Shown here: positions 28,764 to 32,000 of the stretch, one piece after another | Layout: each line of letters starts with the position of its first letter | How positions within the stretch are numbered: position 1 is the stretch's first letter | From: Aliivibrio fischeri ES114 | Lineage (GTDB): Bacteria; Pseudomonadota; Gammaproteobacteria; Enterobacterales; Vibrionaceae | NCBI RefSeq assembly: GCF_000011805.1 | Contig: NC_006840.2 | Reading direction: 5' to 3' (one strand) | Length of the DNA stretch: 32,000 nucleotides | Program-made: the position numbers and the translations under genes | The notes under the pieces: model-generated | Database searches by the model: none | What the model saw: the letters and a program-made list of their open reading frames with translations, nothing else | What the model was told of the DNA's origin: nothing

Positions 28764-28955
28764 TCATTATCCTTTATCTGATTAAGATCACATCTATTCA
28801 ATTCTATTTAAAAAAATACGCTTAATTGTAGAAATAGGCAATAAAAAAGCAGGAATTCGCCTTTATAGATCGCATACTAGCTACTAATATGCACTTATTG
28901 AAATAATAAGCTCTAGAAAATAGAGCATCCTTTTTGGAAGAAATGAGGTACAACA

Positions 28956-30104
28956 ATGAAATTCTCTTACGTTAACCCTACTCTAATCCATTTTGGCCAA
29001 GGTCAAATCGAAGCTATCGCAACATCTATTCCACAAGACCAAAAAGTGCTTGTCATTTATGGTGGCGGTTCTATTAAACACAATGGTGTTTACGATCAAG
29101 TTGTCGCTGCTTTATCCAATCATACATGGCTTGAATTTTCAGGCGTAGAACCAAATCCAACAGTAGAAACATTAGATAAAGCGGTCACTATCGCTAAAGA
29201 AGAAAACGTAGATTACATTCTTGCTGTTGGTGGTGGCTCAGTTATTGATGGCTCAAAATATGTTGCAGCAGCAACCAAATATGACGGTAATGGTTGGGAT
29301 ATCTTAATTGGTAAACACACAGTGACCGAAGCCGTTCCACTTGGCGCTATTTTAACGCTACCTGCAACGGGTTCAGAATCTAACTCTGGTGCTGTAATTA
29401 CTCAAAAATCAACACAAACCAAACTGCCTTTCATGGCTTCAGCAGTACAACCAAAATTTGCGGTTCTTGATCCTGATTCAATGAAGACATTACCAGAACG
29501 CCAATTAATTAACGGGATTGTTGATGCTTGGGTTCATACTTGTGAGCAATATTTAACTATGCCAACTGGTGCAATGATACAGGATGGCTATGCCGAAACC
29601 CTACTACGCAACTTACTGACTCTCGGTGCTCAATACGATGACCGTGACAATAATGAGTGGCGCTCAAACCTAATGTGGACAGCTAACCAAGCGCTAAATG
29701 GCTTGATTGGTACAGGTGTTCCTCACGATTGGGCAACACATATGATTGGTCATGAGTTAACTGCGCTTTATAACGTAGATCACGCACGCTCTTTATCTAT
29801 CGTTCAACCGTCTTTACTTCGTAATCAAATCGAAGCAAAACGAGCTAAATTAGAACAAATGGGTAAGAATGTATTTGGGCTTGTTTATACCGATGATTTA
29901 GCAGAACGTACTATCATTGAAATTGAAAACTTCTACCACAGCTTAAACTCTCCAACTGAGTTAACGGAGCATGGTAATGATAAAGCATCTACTATTGATG
30001 CCATTATCAAACAGCTTGAAGCTCACGGAATGGTTGCTTTAGGTGAACATCAGGCAATTACACCTGATGTATCACGTAAAATTCTTGAAGACGCTGTAAA
30101 ATAA
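28956..30104 (+). CDS. yqhD: YqhD-like iron-containing alcohol/aldehyde dehydrogenase
   Basis: ILAVGGGSVIDGSKYVAAA, LTLPATGSESNSGAVI, NALNGLIGTGVPHDWATHMIGHELTALYNVDHARSL. Confidence 0.92.
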   Translation: MKFSYVNPTLIHFGQGQIEAIATSIPQDQKVLVIYGGGSIKHNGVYDQVVAALSNHTWLEFSGVEPNPTVETLDKAVTIAKEENVDYILAVGGGSVIDGSKYVAAATKYDGNGWDILIGKHTVTEAVPLGAILTLPATGSESNSGAVITQKSTQTKLPFMASAVQPKFAVLDPDSMKTLPERQLINGIVDAWVHTCEQYLTMPTGAMIQDGYAETLLRNLLTLGAQYDDRDNNEWRSNLMWTANQALNGLIGTGVPHDWATHMIGHELTALYNVDHARSLSIVQPSLLRNQIEAKRAKLEQMGKNVFGLVYTDDLAERTIIEIENFYHSLNSPTELTEHGNDKASTIDAIIKQLEAHGMVALGEHQAITPDVSRKILEDAVK

Positions 30105-30163
30105 CCGTCTAAATACTGACTCAGAATAATGTGTTCTGAGTCAGTATGATTTTACAAACTAGC

Positions 30164-31468
30164 TTATTGTTGTTTAAAGAAATCAAAGCCTGTTAAATGC
30201 TCAGCGAGTGCAGGCTCAGTTAGAATTTTATCCTGATCAACATCGTATGTAATGAATCGAATGCCATCTGATTGATAATCATCATATTGTTCTCCATCTG
30301 GTCTCAACAAAATAAGAATCTTACCGTTTTCAAAATAATTTGAAGCCGCCGTAATGTCCCCTGCATAAGCTTCTAACGCTTTTTTTCCCGTATCTTCCCA
30401 CGTATCAGTTAATAAAATATGCCCATTTTCTGTCACAACCATACCAATATTGTCATCACTAGGATGATGGAACGCTGCAACAAACTTTTGATCTATATTT
30501 TTAAAAGTAACATCTGAAGAATATGGCGTTACAATAATCTCTTTATCTTGCTTTAAGTTATAAGTAAAAAAATGCATTTTATCTTGAGACTCAGAATAAT
30601 AGCCCGCTGAAATAAAGTTTGCATCCTCACCCAACTCTGGATAGTAATCAGAAATATTACGAGGGCCGCTTAATAAACCATTTTCATCGGCGGTAATAAA
30701 GGTATCACCAGTGAGCTTCCCATAACCACTGCCTTCGTTATCATGCCACCCTGCCCCATTTACTGTTCTTGAAATACTTTCAGCTATATATCCCGGATCA
30801 GGCAAATCTTTATATTTACTTAATGGGTACCATTTTGGTACAACCGTTCCCCAGTCAAAAGCTTGTGCAAAATTAACATTCTCATCTTTTGGTACGATGG
30901 AATTAAATAAATTACCAGCAAACCAAGCACAGTTACCATATAGCGTATATTTACCTCCATTCCAATCTTTCCCTATACCTAAAAATAACTTAGCGATCTC
31001 TTTACTCTCAACATATAACGCCTCTTCTTTGTCCGCTATATCCTGCTTTATTTGTTGGTAGTTTTTATCTTCAATATGAACGCATTTTTGAAAACTAAAT
31101 TCTCGACTGGCTTGGTTGCCATCGCTACCAAATCCATATCCATCAAACTGAACTTTTCCTTCATTATCTTTATAAAAAAGATCCACCCATGTATGTCCAA
31201 CAGCTCCAGAATCAGCCCATTGAACCATTCTTTCTAATAATTGAACGATATTGTCATCAGGGTAATCGTGTTGAAATTGTTGATAAGTTTCTAATAGGGG
31301 AATTCGATTAGCTTTTCGATTTATTCGAATACACACTTGAGGGTAACCAATATTAGGATCTCCCTCTAAAGCAACACGGTGCCCATTTCGATATTCATCG
31401 GCAGTGGCAACATTAGAAAAAAGAGCAAGGGAAAGCATAGTTGATGCTGTAATAATGGTTCGATTCAT
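30164..31468 (-). CDS. Secreted protein of unknown function
   Basis: 434 aa with signal peptide MNRTIITASTMLSLALFSNVATA. Possible catalytic pair GHTWVDLF ... YGNCAWFAGNLFN. The C-terminal half is rich in beta-type repeats. Confidence 0.8.
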   Translation of the reverse strand: MNRTIITASTMLSLALFSNVATADEYRNGHRVALEGDPNIGYPQVCIRINRKANRIPLLETYQQFQHDYPDDNIVQLLERMVQWADSGAVGHTWVDLFYKDNEGKVQFDGYGFGSDGNQASREFSFQKCVHIEDKNYQQIKQDIADKEEALYVESKEIAKLFLGIGKDWNGGKYTLYGNCAWFAGNLFNSIVPKDENVNFAQAFDWGTVVPKWYPLSKYKDLPDPGYIAESISRTVNGAGWHDNEGSGYGKLTGDTFITADENGLLSGPRNISDYYPELGEDANFISAGYYSESQDKMHFFTYNLKQDKEIIVTPYSSDVTFKNIDQKFVAAFHHPSDDNIGMVVTENGHILLTDTWEDTGKKALEAYAGDITAASNYFENGKILILLRPDGEQYDDYQSDGIRFITYDVDQDKILTEPALAEHLTGFDFFKQQ

Positions 31469-31590
31469 AATTAATCCTTAATATTATTAAGTCGCATCAT
31501 TAGCCTATTTAATTATTTTTCGAAGGTCATAGAGATAATATTCAAAATGCACATAATTAAGCATTTATACCAATTTGATTAATTTTAAAT

Positions 31591-31627
31591 AAAAAAAACC
31601 GCACCAATTAAATTGGTACGGTTTATT
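31591..31627. terminator. Intrinsic terminator, probably bidirectional
   Basis: AAAAAACCGCACCAATTAAATTGGTACGGTTTATTTT. Confidence 0.85.
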
Positions 31628-31646
31628 TTAATTCTATCAATAAAGA

Positions 31647-32000
31647 TTATTTCTTCTTGCGTTCCCATTGTGTAATAAACGCAACAGAAGCAATAATAAT
31701 AGCAGCACCTAACCATAAACGACCAGGTGGAACCCATCCAAATACCATCCAGCCTGCTAACACATTTAATGGCAATTTTGCATGATCAAAAGGCTGAACA
31801 AATGAAGCATCAGCAACTGAATACGCTTTTACAATTGCCCATTGCGCTAATGCTGTCATTACACCAGCACAAAACAGCAATAACCACACATTCATACCAC
31901 TTGGGGTTTGCCATTCAGGTAGCGCTAATAAAATATTAAATGGCGTAATCAGAACCAATAAATACACAACCATGGTCGATGGTGAATCGTTTGACGACAT
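31647..32000 (-). CDS. EamA/DMT-family transporter, C-terminal part (truncated by the window edge)
   Basis: ITPFNILLALPEW..., ALAQWAIVKAYSVADASFVQPFDHAKLPLNVLAGWMVFGWVP, IIIASVAFITQWERKKK. Confidence 0.85.
   Translation of the reverse strand: MSSNDSPSTMVVYLLVLITPFNILLALPEWQTPSGMNVWLLLFCAGVMTALAQWAIVKAYSVADASFVQPFDHAKLPLNVLAGWMVFGWVPPGRLWLGAAIIIASVAFITQWERKKK

Noticed and set aside
31565-31590. TTATACCAATTTGATTAATTTT sequence near the last terminator, possibly a dispersed Vibrio-type repeat
   Set aside because: Only one occurrence seen in this window, so repeat status cannot be supported without a genome-wide search.
1-32000. Defence island, prophage, integron or CRISPR locus
   Set aside because: No integrase, transposase, phage structural genes, cas genes or direct-repeat arrays seen. 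The tRNA pair is not flanked by an integrase, and most genes are typical core chromosomal genes.

Overview
This looks like ordinary chromosomal gammaproteobacterial DNA, most likely Vibrionaceae/Aliivibrio judging by base composition, the MCP style and the gene content. I see no CRISPR array, phage module or transposon. Features: an alpha-carbonic anhydrase; two tandem tRNA-Ser(UGA) genes in near-identical promoter-tRNA-terminator cassettes; a Cache-type methyl-accepting chemotaxis protein; a secreted nucleoside-hydrolase-like protein; a GNAT protein; a two-gene unit of a large membrane P-loop protein with a non-canonical Walker A motif plus an MscS-family channel; a 2OG-Fe(II) oxygenase; an SDR; three small cysteine-motif proteins; a Tim44-like protein; a TetR plus MFS-PlsC fusion; the menaquinone cluster menF-D-H-B-C-E; alaA; sgrR; a RibD/DHFR-like reductase with a divergent TetR; an AraC regulator plus a YqhD-like alcohol dehydrogenase; a secreted protein with a possible permuted papain-like His...Cys pair; and a truncated EamA transporter. 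The best candidate for an under-described system is the predicted pseudo-ATPase/MscS pair (5626-8863). Next are a hairpin/T-tract between menB and menC, the atypical secreted MTAN-like protein, the secreted His/Cys protein, and the small ORF upstream of and divergent from sgrR.
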